Source: Albugo candida (Eukaryota). Taken from it: a stretch of DNA of 64,000 bases. This document shows positions 24,801-36,670 of the stretch, in pieces (within the stretch, counting starts at the first letter, position 1; every line of letters starts with the position of its first letter). The stretch covers positions 124,001 through 188,000 of the forward strand of contig JBDOQK010000007.1 of NCBI GenBank assembly GCA_040437565.1. Direction: 5' to 3'. The position numbers and the translations under genes were made by a program. The notes beneath the pieces are model-generated. The model was not told the origin of the DNA and did not search any database. It saw nothing but the letters and a program-made list of their open reading frames with translations.

Positions 24801-25676
24801 TGCGTCATATGTGCAGGAAGCACATGCTCCTTCGTTCTGTTTCTTACAAAAACAACACTGCAGCTTACGTAACGGCTCCAGGCGATCCAGACAGCGTACA
24901 GTGTGTTGAGGCTTCCCACTTGGCCCTTGAATCTGCATCTCCAGCGTTAATAGAGGGAGATTCAACGCACAAGACATATGTATCCACTGAGAAGGCGAAG
25001 ATGTCGGAAGTAAAGCTCCGCCCATTTGGTAGCACGCCTGACATAACGGCTCAATATTAGAGGTATCGGAATTGACAGACGCTTTCCATCGACAAAAATG
25101 ACATTTCCACGCAGTTGCAGTGACAGCAAGCATACAACTCACGCGGTAACAGAGTGAATGGACAACAACTTTACATGTGGCACACTCAATCAACGAGTCG
25201 TTGGAAATATGGAAGCAGATTTGACACGTTGCATTGCATCTACATTTCTTCGCGATTGCGTCTTGTGGCGGTCCGTGCAAGGAAGCTAATAACTGAGCAT
25301 CGTCATGTATGGATTGTGTGTCCAAATGCCAGTAGAATTCGAGCTGTCGTCGAAAATGACGAAGCGGTGTGTTGAAAATGAGACTCAGGTTGCCGCGTTC
25401 AGTATCTATCCATTGCTCAATTTCATCAACGAGCTCTATGAAGTAAGAGAGGGTATGGGAATGAATGGACAGCGCGAGTTGTAACCGGTAGTGTAACTCG
25501 TGCAGTCGAATGTGAAAGCGCTTTGTTGCATCCGTTTTGTTGAACGGAATGTGATGGAAATGGAATATGCTGTGCGATAGGAGTTTTGTGATCGACGTGG
25601 ATGATAGATAAGAGTGTGGAGAAGGGTTTGTCGCTTGCGATGACGTTGGCAGTTGCGTCCGTTGTGACATGAGCAA
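21870..25676 (-). CDS. PHD finger / zf-HC5HC2H (PZP-like) chromatin protein
   Basis: CQICFH...IECATCKVVVHSLCY...WKCHFC (PHD) is followed by C-x2-C...GGALLPT...WIHMSCAL...YHVPCA, with a second extended PHD near the C-terminus. There is a phase-0 intron at 24677-24731. 22587-23149 and 23250-23810 are a gap-flanking duplicate. The start is uncertain. Confidence 0.85.
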
Positions 25677-25982
25677 TTACGATGGTGATAGCACCGTACA
25701 ACGCTAAATGGTATCATCGTATTCTTCAAGTTGGCACACAGACAGACGGATTTACTAAGGGTCTCTTTGAGATGGAGATTGATCAATCCGAGTGAGAGGA
25801 GAAAGCATTTTGAAAAGTTAATTGGAGCAGCGCTGAGTGAGATTTGATACGGCTGTGAAATCTGTTTGGATCGGAACGCAGTACAAAGTAAATCTTTTTA
25901 ACAATTAATTCTGTTTTGCTTATTCCGTATCTCAAAAATTGAACCGATCGGACGCATTTGTTCTATTGACATAAAAGTCTCC

Positions 25983-26867
25983 TTACGTCTTCGACTGCTT
26001 CATATTGTAAGGTACGCGTTCCTGATTCAGTGGATTTTGCGGAGATTTTCGCCACTGTAAAACGACAGGTGAGATGATAGGAGCAGAGAGACTACAAGCT
26101 TTCATGACGTACCAGATCACTGAGCTTTTGTTTATACTGTGAAAGCTTTAATCCTGGAAATTCGAGCTTTAATTCGGGTAAAGTAACTTCCTCAAACGCT
26201 TTATACGCCTAAGCAAAACGATGAGGATGAAAATCAACCGACTGCTTCACATACATACCGCTTTAGCTCTTCTTTCAGGATGTCGATCTATCGCGTCGTT
26301 TTTTGAAATCGATAATACATCCAATGCCGCATCAATGCTTCGCGCCTCATCCACAGTTTTAGGTTGACGATTCGGATTGATTAAGCCTTCTTTTGCAAAT
26401 TGTATGTCATTCTTCCCGGCCTGCTTACTCTGCGTCATTGCTTCTTTCTCAAGAGCAGCTTGTATCATAGCTTGTGTCATTTTCTTTGATGGTTCATTCA
26501 CTTGTGAAGGATTGCGATTGCCTTTATTATTTCTCTTTGCTGAAGATTTCAATGCGTCTTCCCACGGCTTTACCGCTTCTTTCTTCTCTTTAGCTTTCAA
26601 TTTTCGAATAGATGACTTATCTTCTTCGAGTGAATGCTCTTCAAGGGCTTCCAGACGTTTCTTTTCAGCTTTTTTGGCGGCAATCTCTTGTTGTTTTCGC
26701 TCCTCCTCTTCGCGTCGCTTTTCTGCACGAGAATTGGATCCTTTCGACCATTCTTCTGCTGTCTCTGCTTCTGATTTCGCGGCTTTTTGTGCGTCCTTAA
26801 CGGCTTTGGAAGACGCTTTGCGAGCATTTGCTGCTTCGACTTTAGTGTTTGGACTTTTCTTTGCCAT
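25983..26867 (-). CDS. CCDC124: CCDC124/Lso2-family coiled-coil protein (3 exons)
   Basis: N-terminal NTKVEAANARKA, and C-terminal DRHPERRAKA|AYKAFEEVTLPELKLEFPGLKLSQYKQKL...WRKSPQNPLNQ after removing two short introns. Confidence 0.9.
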
Positions 26868-27060
26868 TGGAATGAAGTAAACACATTAGTTTGGTGTCAT
26901 AAATAAAGTTCTGTCCAATGAGTTTGTGATTGGTACCTAGCATTCGAGGTCGGCCGTCTAGATGAGCGTGTACCACACCACCTTTTAATATGTCCAATGA
27001 AATCACTATGCTGAGTCGGAATCAGATGAGAACCATTCACTCTCACAAAGTACAATCAAA
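26868..27060. promoter_or_regulatory. Short divergent promoter between CCDC124 and PHGDH
   Basis: About 190 bp between head-to-head ATGs, with CCAAT/ATTGG motifs at about 26916, 26929 and 26994. Confidence 0.45.
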
Positions 27061-27971
27061 ATGTTTGCGTGCTTATATTTTCGACCATTCCATCGACACA
27101 AGATATTAACAAAAGTTCCATGGTTGACGGAATCTTTGCTGTTCTCAACATCCACACCCACATCAACATCCAAATTCTCATGCAATGCAAAAACAAAAGT
27201 CGTCCTATTGGAAAACATTCATCCGCGCGCCATTGAGATATTTCACCAAGAAAACTTTCAAGTTGAGACATATAAACAAGCGCTTTCTGGAGAAGAACTT
27301 ATCAACGTTGCAGCAGATGCCAATTTATTGGGAATACGATCAAAAACACATTTGGATTCCCGCTTTTTCGAAACAATTGGATGGCATGCGCATCGATTAT
27401 GGGCTGTTGGGTGTTTCTGTATTGGAACCAATCAAGTTGACCTTCACTCGGCTGCATCCAGCGGTGTTCCAGTGTTCAATGCGCCATTTTCCAACACACG
27501 TTCTGTTGCTGAGAAAACCATCGCCGAAATCATTGCATTGCATCGCAAATTATTCCAACGCTCCATGGAGCTACACGACGGAAATTGGAATAAATCAGCG
27601 GCTGGATGTCACGAAGTGCGTGGATCTGTGCTTGGCATTATCGGTTATGGTCGAATCGGATCGCAAGTATCAGTTCTGGCAGAATTATTAGGAATGAAGG
27701 TCGTGTTTTATGATCCAGTCAAATGTCTCCCGTTAGGAAATGCAACTCAATTGGATAGCTTAGAACAAGTTTTAGCAATTTCGGACGCCATAACTCTTCA
27801 TGTTCCGGCAACCAAAGCGACGAAGAACATGATCAACGCGACAACGCTTTCGCACATGAAGGATGGAGCAATACTGGTAAATAATGCACGTGGTACGGTA
27901 CTCGATATTGAAGCTGTGGCTGACGCATTACGGAACTCCAAACTTGGTGGATGTGCAGTCGATGTGTTTCC
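27061..27971 (+). CDS. PHGDH: D-3-phosphoglycerate dehydrogenase, 5' part (cut by gap)
   Basis: VVLLENIH, GCFCIGTNQVDL, VFNAPFSNTRSVAE, GIIGYGRIG, NNARG and AVDVF are SerA/SER3-type motifs. The Ser/Thr/basic N-terminal extension may be a targeting peptide. Confidence 0.92.
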
Positions 27972-28071
27972 NNNNNNNNNNNNNNNNNNNNNNNNNNNNN
28001 NNNNNNNNNNNNNNNNNNNNNNNNNNNNNNNNNNNNNNNNNNNNNNNNNNNNNNNNNNNNNNNNNNNNNNN

Positions 28072-28982
28072 GGAAACACATCGACTGCACATCCACCAAG
28101 TTTGGAGTTCCGTAATGCGTCAGCCACAGCTTCAATATCGAGTACCGTACCACGTGCATTATTTACCAGTATTGCTCCATCCTTCATGTGCGAAAGCGTT
28201 GTCGCGTTGATCATGTTCTTCGTCGCTTTGGTTGCCGGAACATGAAGAGTTATGGCGTCCGAAATTGCTAAAACTTGTTCTAAGCTATCCAATTGAGTTG
28301 CATTTCCTAACGGGAGACATTTGACTGGATCATAAAACACGACCTTCATTCCTAATAATTCTGCCAGAACTGATACTTGCGATCCGATTCGACCATAACC
28401 GATAATGCCAAGCACAGATCCACGCACTTCGTGACATCCAGCCGCTGATTTATTCCAATTTCCGTCGTGTAGCTCCATGGAGCGTTGGAATAATTTGCGA
28501 TGCAATGCAATGATTTCGGCGATGGTTTTCTCAGCAACAGAACGTGTGTTGGAAAATGGCGCATTGAACACTGGAACACCGCTGGATGCAGCCGAGTGAA
28601 GGTCAACTTGATTGGTTCCAATACAGAAACACCCAACAGCCCATAATCGATGCGCATGCCATCCAATTGTTTCGAAAAAGCGGGAATCCAAATGTGTTTT
28701 TGATCGTATTCCCAATAAATTGGCATCTGCTGCAACGTTGATAAGTTCTTCTCCAGAAAGCGCTTGTTTATATGTCTCAACTTGAAAGTTTTCTTGGTGA
28801 AATATCTCAATGGCGCGCGGATGAATGTTTTCCAATAGGACGACTTTTGTTTTTGCATTGCATGAGAATTTGGATGTTGATGTGGGTGTGGATGTTGAGA
28901 ACAGCAAAGATTCCGTCAACCATGGAACTTTTGTTAATATCTTGTGTCGATGGAATGGTCGAAAATATAAGCACGCAAACAT
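28072..28982 (-). CDS. PHGDH: Mirror copy of the PHGDH 5' part
   Basis: Exact reverse complement of 27061-27971 across the gap. Confidence 0.6.
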
Positions 28983-29175
28983 TTTGATTGTACTTTGTGA
29001 GAGTGAATGGTTCTCATCTGATTCCGACTCAGCATAGTGATTTCATTGGACATATTAAAAGGTGGTGTGGTACACGCTCATCTAGACGGCCGACCTCGAA
29101 TGCTAGGTACCAATCACAAACTCATTGGACAGAACTTTATTTATGACACCAAACTAATGTGTTTACTTCATTCCA

Positions 29176-30060
29176 ATGGCAAAGAAAAGTCCAAACACTA
29201 AAGTCGAAGCAGCAAATGCTCGCAAAGCGTCTTCCAAAGCCGTTAAGGACGCACAAAAAGCCGCGAAATCAGAAGCAGAGACAGCAGAAGAATGGTCGAA
29301 AGGATCCAATTCTCGTGCAGAAAAGCGACGCGAAGAGGAGGAGCGAAAACAACAAGAGATTGCCGCCAAAAAAGCTGAAAAGAAACGTCTGGAAGCCCTT
29401 GAAGAGCATTCACTCGAAGAAGATAAGTCATCTATTCGAAAATTGAAAGCTAAAGAGAAGAAAGAAGCGGTAAAGCCGTGGGAAGACGCATTGAAATCTT
29501 CAGCAAAGAGAAATAATAAAGGCAATCGCAATCCTTCACAAGTGAATGAACCATCAAAGAAAATGACACAAGCTATGATACAAGCTGCTCTTGAGAAAGA
29601 AGCAATGACGCAGAGTAAGCAGGCCGGGAAGAATGACATACAATTTGCAAAAGAAGGCTTAATCAATCCGAATCGTCAACCTAAAACTGTGGATGAGGCG
29701 CGAAGCATTGATGCGGCATTGGATGTATTATCGATTTCAAAAAACGACGCGATAGATCGACATCCTGAAAGAAGAGCTAAAGCGGTATGTATGTGAAGCA
29801 GTCGGTTGATTTTCATCCTCATCGTTTTGCTTAGGCGTATAAAGCGTTTGAGGAAGTTACTTTACCCGAATTAAAGCTCGAATTTCCAGGATTAAAGCTT
29901 TCACAGTATAAACAAAAGCTCAGTGATCTGGTACGTCATGAAAGCTTGTAGTCTCTCTGCTCCTATCATCTCACCTGTCGTTTTACAGTGGCGAAAATCT
30001 CCGCAAAATCCACTGAATCAGGAACGCGTACCTTACAATATGAAGCAGTCGAAGACGTAA
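29176..30060 (+). CDS. CCDC124: Mirror copy of CCDC124
   Basis: Reverse complement of 25983-26867. Confidence 0.65.
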
Positions 30061-30151
30061 GGAGACTTTTATGTCAATAGAACAAATGCGTCCGATCGGT
30101 TCAATTTTTGAGATACGGAATAAGCAAAACAGAATTAATTGTTAAAAAGAT

Positions 30152-30880
30152 TTACTTTGTATTGCGTTCCGATCCAACCAAATTGAACTCGTCATGGCTT
30201 ATATGTGGAGGCACTTTGGGGATTTTTTTTGACAAGGAGTAGAGCAGCTTGCGATTCAATTTCGATAAATGCCCAAGATTTTGAGTGGTCTTTGCTACGT
30301 GCCGCAAAACCTTGGAGGTGTTATCGCAGTGTGTTTGACACGTGTCAAGCAAACTCCTCCCGGCTTCCCTATTTCCAACTGTTCAACAGCGTCATGGATA
30401 ATAGACGCTTTGTTCGCAGTAATATAAGGAAGTGCTCGTCGTTCTGACGAATATATAAAGACCACTTTTGACATTATCTGTATGAGAATTGTTTGTGTCT
30501 ATAAGTTGGGTCAAAGCTGTAAACATCATCTTCATGTTCAGTTGCAGATCAATTATACGTCTCTTATCGCGTGTCCAAGCACGTAGCAGTTGAAATCTAT
30601 CACCGCTTGTATAGTGTCCGCAAAAGCCTGTTCAGGTTGTAGTTCCTTTGTACTAGAAAGATGTTCCTCGAAGACCAACTCATAATATGGCAGGGTTATC
30701 GTATCGAAAGATGGAGTTAAAGGAGCATCCATAAAGGGGTGGATATATCTTGGGGTAATCGTACAGCTTCCATTCTTTCAGTTCACGATAGTAATTGTGC
30801 CGATGAAGTCCAACCCAACCATGTTTCTCGAATTTCACAGCAGAACCTAAGGGAGACAAAGCTGAGAAAAACAAAATCAT
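30152..30880 (-). pseudogene. Possible frameshifted remnant of an unknown gene
   Basis: Short hydrophobic start (MILFFSALSPLGSA) followed by successive open stretches in shifting frames. No recognisable domain. Confidence 0.25.
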
Positions 30881-33072
30881 TGAGCTGAATCGAGCATGTC
30901 ACCATGACAGAATCGGTAATATCGCAGCTTCGAAACGTGAGCGACAAGCCAGCCCTCAAATTTCTATAACTGCGAGAATTTGATTATTATCATTATTAGC
31001 AGCGCTTTCCCGGCGGGATCGACTCTATTAAATTATGTCTAACTTCCGATTTTGTCTTGATCACGCTGATTTTCTTGATTTTCTCGCCGAGAGAAAATAA
31101 TATGGTCGTCAAAACCATGCGTTGTTGGAAAACAGGAGTATAATCAAGTGAATGGGACCGATATTCAGCATTGCTGAGCAGTGGAAAGAGATGTAATGGC
31201 TCCGTGAGATAGGGATATATGATGCAATAAGACTAAGAAGGCGATACGCACTCGTTTACGAACAAGCTACCGATATTTTCAAATCGATAGAAACATAGAA
31301 ATTGGATGGATATGTCCATTTTTTAACCTGGACGCGTGACCGTTCAATCGATCCATATATGAAACTTGAAGTCGTCGATACAAGATAGACTCGTACTTGT
31401 GGAACTTGCATAGTGCTTCATGACTTCACATTCGTTGCATCTCATATCGCTGAATCTACTACCCATGGTTGCATGCAATCAACCTTGTCATATCGCAGCT
31501 AAATAAAATTTCCATATATTCGACAATCCTCATAGATATGTAACATTTAGGCTGATTGTAATACTGATTGGGAGTACTCTTTCTTGTGGATAACGGACAA
31601 AGGATCATGCCTGCGAGAAGGAAAAGAGTGCAGAACGCACGGTACATCTCAAGGTGCAGGGCTTGGTTAAAGTTGTAATCTTCTTTGCAAACGAAAGATT
31701 CGCTACCGCCAAGTGCGTCAATTCAAACTGAAAAGAAAGAAGAATTTGCTTAGCCAACACCGTTCCTGCACATACAATACTTTACGCATTGATTGCCCAT
31801 GTTGCTAGCTATCAGGATACTCTGTATGGTACCTCATTTGTCCTATTTACTAGAATAAAGCCTATATCCAATGCTTGTAAACCGGTCGGAGAGTTCATCT
31901 GTTGCCGAAGCATATCTTTTTCAAATGATACGGAGTAGAGCAGTTCTATCTTCGGTCGTTAGCGTTTCTTGCGTATTAATCGCATGTAATTTAGCCTGCA
32001 CGGAAATGAGAGCGAGGGCTTGGGACGCGCATCTACGGCATCAGCAGGAAAATGACCGCGCACTGGGTGCGGCGATCAGACGGTGAGAACGGTGATACTG
32101 GCGACGTAATGTTCCACGTCAGCAGCATCTGTCCCAACCATTTCGAGCGTTTACAGGTGCTCTCTCAGCGGTATTTTAGTCTTGATGCTTGGTACGATGG
32201 CTGCCATACTCGAGAAGGGTGCTTCGGATGTCACGAAGGAGGTCGCAGGCCTTAGCTTCAGGACTGAGAGCAAGGAATTCGTGACATAATACATGTAAGG
32301 TACCAAGACCATAGAAACTACTTGTGCCGCAAGCTATTTACTCCTGGTTAGCATCGATACCATTGTAGCACGGTTGTGTAGAAAAGTATGCTTCTACCTC
32401 CAATTGTAAGATCGAAACCAAGGTCTATGAGAATGAAAAAAAGAACTCGGTCTAGACGCAGACACTTCTCTCAATAGACTATCTCATGGGAGCGCGTCGT
32501 CGGTGACCAAGTCATTTTGTTTCAGCGGGCGATTTCTTGCGACGTTACTCTCACGCAGGACTTCACTTGTGGTCTTTTTATTAATCGAGTCGTGACTCCG
32601 AATACACGCCAATCTTTACCCTGTGGTCACACTACTAATTCACACGCGATCGCGCCATGTCCATACACGAAAGTTTGCAGCAATCATACAGGTACGTCAC
32701 GACATATCAGAGAAATCAGCACTGCTTCGCCATTCTTACTCGTGTGTGACTTCCAGCACTATGTCTGTGCAGATTTCATAACGCAAATAAACATAGCTCA
32801 TGCAAAGCTCAAATGCGTACGATTCGTTCTCGCAAGATTTACGCAAGACTCATAGCGCTATCCCACCGCATGGTAAGTTGGACTAGAGCATTATCGATTA
32901 TATTACCAAGTATACCAGCAATTTGACTGGAAGATACGTTTGAGCATCAAATCGTGCTTTGGTAATATAGCTAAAAGAAATCTATTGAGTCTCTATGAGA
33001 GTTTCGGTACTATCGCTCACATAAATAGACTGAAACTTCGCCTCGTGACTGTGCGCCTTTGGAAATTGCGCC

Positions 33073-35135
33073 ATGGAGTCTCCACGCACGTACAGAAATG
33101 ATCGTCTTTCAGTGTACAAACGCAATCGATCAATTTCGCAAGAACTCGCGTCTTGTAATATTGTGATTGGAAAGGCATGGACGCGTGCTCGCCCGCAACA
33201 TTCCAATGTAAGATATTATCTTTTTGCAGTTTCAGTAACATACTCAGAGTCCTACAGCGCCATCAAATCGATATTGAAGTGGACCAAATCTTCACGGACT
33301 CCACTTGTGATCACAACAGAAGAAAAACAAAAATCATTTGCGCGATCGGACCGTCGTCATGCTCTGAAGAAATGATCGGTGTGCGCGTTATATCCAATAA
33401 GCGTATAGAGCACTGATAAGAATTGCAGGGAGACTGTTGGACGAAGGGATGAATGTAACGCGGCTCAACTTCTCGCATGGAGATCATTCATTGCATGAAA
33501 AAAGTCTGCATAATCTTAGAGCAGCTGTGCGGAAGCGACCAGGATGTCATTGTGCTGTTCTTCTTGACACGAAAGGACCAGAAATACGGACTGGTTTGCT
33601 TGAGAATGGTACGCCTGTGCAGCTGATGGTACGTGTTGTGTTTCGTCCATACGCGAAAACAAATGGGCTGGCTATGTTGCATTAGGCTGGACAACAGCTC
33701 GAAATTACATGCGATTATTCCGTGAAAGGAACATCCACTTGTATTGCATGCAATTATCCTCATCTTCCAGCTTCAGTGAAGCCAGGATCCAAGATTTTGT
33801 GTGATGATGGAAATCTGGCTATGATTGTTCAGGATTGTCTTCCCGATTCAGTCATTGTGAGGGTGTTGAATTCGCACATACTGGAAGAAAAGAAAAACAT
33901 GTGCTTTCCCGGTACGTACGCAATACAATCTGTGCGCTGGTACGGTTGCAAGAATTTTTGATCTAGGTGCAGCCATTCGAATTTCCGGAATCACACAGAA
34001 AGATAGAGACGATCTGTTGCTATTTGCTCTTCCACAAGCAGTGGACATTGTATCTGGTTCATTTGTGCGGACGGCGAACAATGTTCGGTAACATGAATCA
34101 ATGCGATTGTAAGCTCCTTTCGACTCACACGAGCTTGCAGAGCGATTCGGGAGTGTCTCGGAGACAAAGGGAAACATATTCGAATACATGCCAAGATCGA
34201 GAGTGTTGAAGCATTACGAAATATCGACGAGATTCTGAAAGAGGCAGATGGGATACACGTTAGTCGCGGAGATTTGGGCATGGAACTTGCTCCCGAACAA
34301 GTTGCACTGGCTCAGAAAATGATCATACGGAAAGCCAATTTTGCGGGAAAACCTGTTGTCACGTCAACTCAAGTGAGGTTATTTTGATGCGATCACAGAA
34401 TTCTTTGACAACAAACTATTTTCAGATGTTGCAGTCGATGACGAATAGCTCGACGCCTTCATACGCAGAATGCACGGATGTTGCTAACGCGATTTTGGAT
34501 GGAACAGATGCCATGATGTTATCTGCGGAGACGGCCAGTGGAAAGTATCCATGTGAGGCTGTGCAAATGATGGCGAAGATATGCGTTGAGGCGGAGCTTA
34601 CTTTAGAGTATGAGGAAATTTATCGATGGATGCGATCAGTAACTCCGCGTCCATTCTCTCTTTGCGAGTCTATCGCCTCTACGGCCGTCCAAATTGCCAT
34701 TGACGTACAAGCAACACTAATCATCTCTTTGACTGACACGGGGTATAGCACGAAATTGCTAGCCAAGTACCGACCTTCCGCTCGAATTCTTGCTGTGACA
34801 GCTTCCGCTTCCACATCCAGACAACTAAGTGGCGTTTCCCGGTACGTGCATTTTTGTCATTTTATACATAAGTTGACTCTATTGGTAGCGGGGTGTCATC
34901 TATACGAGTACAATCCATGATAGGAGCTGACAAATTGACGCTCAAAGCCATTAATTACGCAAAGGAGCAAAAGTGGATTCAAGTCGGAGACACTGTTGTT
35001 ATGATACATGGTGTCCAGGATGCGGTATCAGGTGCAACCAATATCGTCAAGGTGATTCAAGCTGATGCAGCTGGGTTCAGTGACTCCACAAATTTTTTAT
35101 TCAAAAAGCTCCAAATGCCGTATTCGCGCGGCTGA
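33073..35135 (+). CDS. PK: Pyruvate kinase (multi-exon; start uncertain, 33073 or 33177)
   Basis: RKTKIICAIGP, RLNFSHG, LLDTKGPEIRTG, KIES, RGDLGME, TQML.SM, DVANAILDGTDAMMLSAETA.G.YP and AKYRP. Confidence 0.93.
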
Positions 35136-35578
35136 TCTTCTCACTCAATTCTCATGCTGTGCCGAATGTGCAAAGCATCGATCTCTTTCATTTTGGTGAG
35201 GCCAATGAACCAGCATTTTTTCTCGATTTATTATTGCGATTGCGAAAGTTGGATGAAATTTTAAAGCGAATTGCTTCGATTACACCAAACAGTCGTAACG
35301 AATCAAGCAATTCAGCCTAGTAATTCTGATAGAGATGTCTGCGTGCAATATTTTTATTTCAATGTAAAAAGCTTTAGTAAGTTCATTCCGCTAGGAAAGC
35401 GTAATAAAATGTTTAATTGCGGGAAACAATGGGATTAAAGTACGAGTGAACGTCTGTCAGCTCTAATACCGGTTCTATACCAGTATCTCGGACCGGGCCG
35501 AGTTGGATCACGAGCCAGCAAACGATTGGTGCGACGACGTAAGCCACTCACAGCCGCATTTCAAGCCCGGATTCTAAC

Positions 35579-36152
35579 ATGGTACATCTGAGATCGTCTG
35601 TATTTCTATAAATGTACTGCTCATCTAATTTCAATGCTGTTGTGCTAGTCGAAGAGAGGTCAAAAGAAGGAAGTAGAGGAGGTTACCCGTGTAGGTCCTA
35701 CTTTGAAAGAAGGAGAAGAAGTCTTCGGCGTGGCGCATATTTTCGCGTCATTCAATGACACTTTTGTTCACGTCACAGATCTTTCAGGTCGTGAAACTAT
35801 TTCCCGTGTGACTGGTGGAATGAAAGTGAAAGCGGATCGTGACGAAGCATCTCCCTACGCTGCCATGCTTGCTGCTCAAGATGTCGCAGCAAAGTGCAAG
35901 GAAGTGGGTATCACTGCTCTACATATCAAGGTTCGCGCCACAGGTGGAAACAGAACGAAAACTCCTGGTCCTGGTGCGCAATCTGCCCTTCGTGCCCTTG
36001 CTCGTAATGGCATGAAGATCGGTCGAATTGGTACGTGTGGTTTTCGCAGCTTGTATACCAAGTACTAATACGTGAGTCTCGCAGAGGATGTGACTCCGAT
36101 TCCTACTGATAGCACTCGGCGAAAAGGTGGTCGTCGTGGTCGCCGATTATAG
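35579..36152 (+). CDS. RPS14: 40S ribosomal protein S14 (uS11)
   Basis: [22 protein letters not shown]...[15 protein letters not shown]...[22 protein letters not shown]. Coding exons are 35579-35581 (ATG only), 35649-36030 and 36085-36152. Confidence 0.97.
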
Positions 36153-36670
36153 ATATTTGGCTATCAGCATCGAGTTCCATGTCGTGTATTCGACAGATAT
36201 TCTCAAGAATTGTGGATATCTATCTCCTTTACATCGACAATTGTTCTCTTGCAACACTTCTTGCACTTAATGATATCGTCGAAATAAAAAAGGGTTTGAT
36301 CTAAAAACGATAGCCCCAAAACACTTATCAGTCACTCCTCACGCGGCGATACAACGACTCCAAATGATGAGAAACAAAATTCAACACCATCTTTCGGCTG
36401 ATTGTCATGATGCAGTAATTTTGAATCTGATGGAATCTGTTTGCCACTCAAAGCTTGCTCAACACTTCTTTTCCTCTATTTTCGTCGTACTTAATTTTTT
36501 AGAATAAACTTTCACAACCTATTCAATTACACAGGCTGAATTGATTTGCGAGACAGAAGCTTCTGGTTGGCCCCTTTTGTTTGATAAAGGCAGTCCACTG
36601 TGTACGTTGCGACCGAACGGAACATTCCCATCAATTGCACTGTCTACAAAATTTCGTATCCTCCCCTGAT

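Larger units (their letters stand above)
25866..30177. repeat. 2.1-kb inverted duplication centred on an N-gap
   Basis: 25866-27971 and 28072-30177 are reverse complements (paired coordinates sum to 56043). I saw one mismatch, at 25881/30162. Confidence 0.95.

Noticed and set aside
27061-27971. Horizontal transfer of a bacterial-like SerA
   Set aside because: This PHGDH type also occurs in eukaryotes such as yeast SER3/SER33, so sequence resemblance alone does not show HGT.
27061-28982. 394-aa ORFs reading through the gap on both strands
   Set aside because: Artifact of translating Ns. The C-terminal part is just antisense PHGDH.
30900-33000. Short ORFs between the palindrome and pyruvate kinase
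   Set aside because: No motifs, paralogs or consistent splice pattern that I can support.
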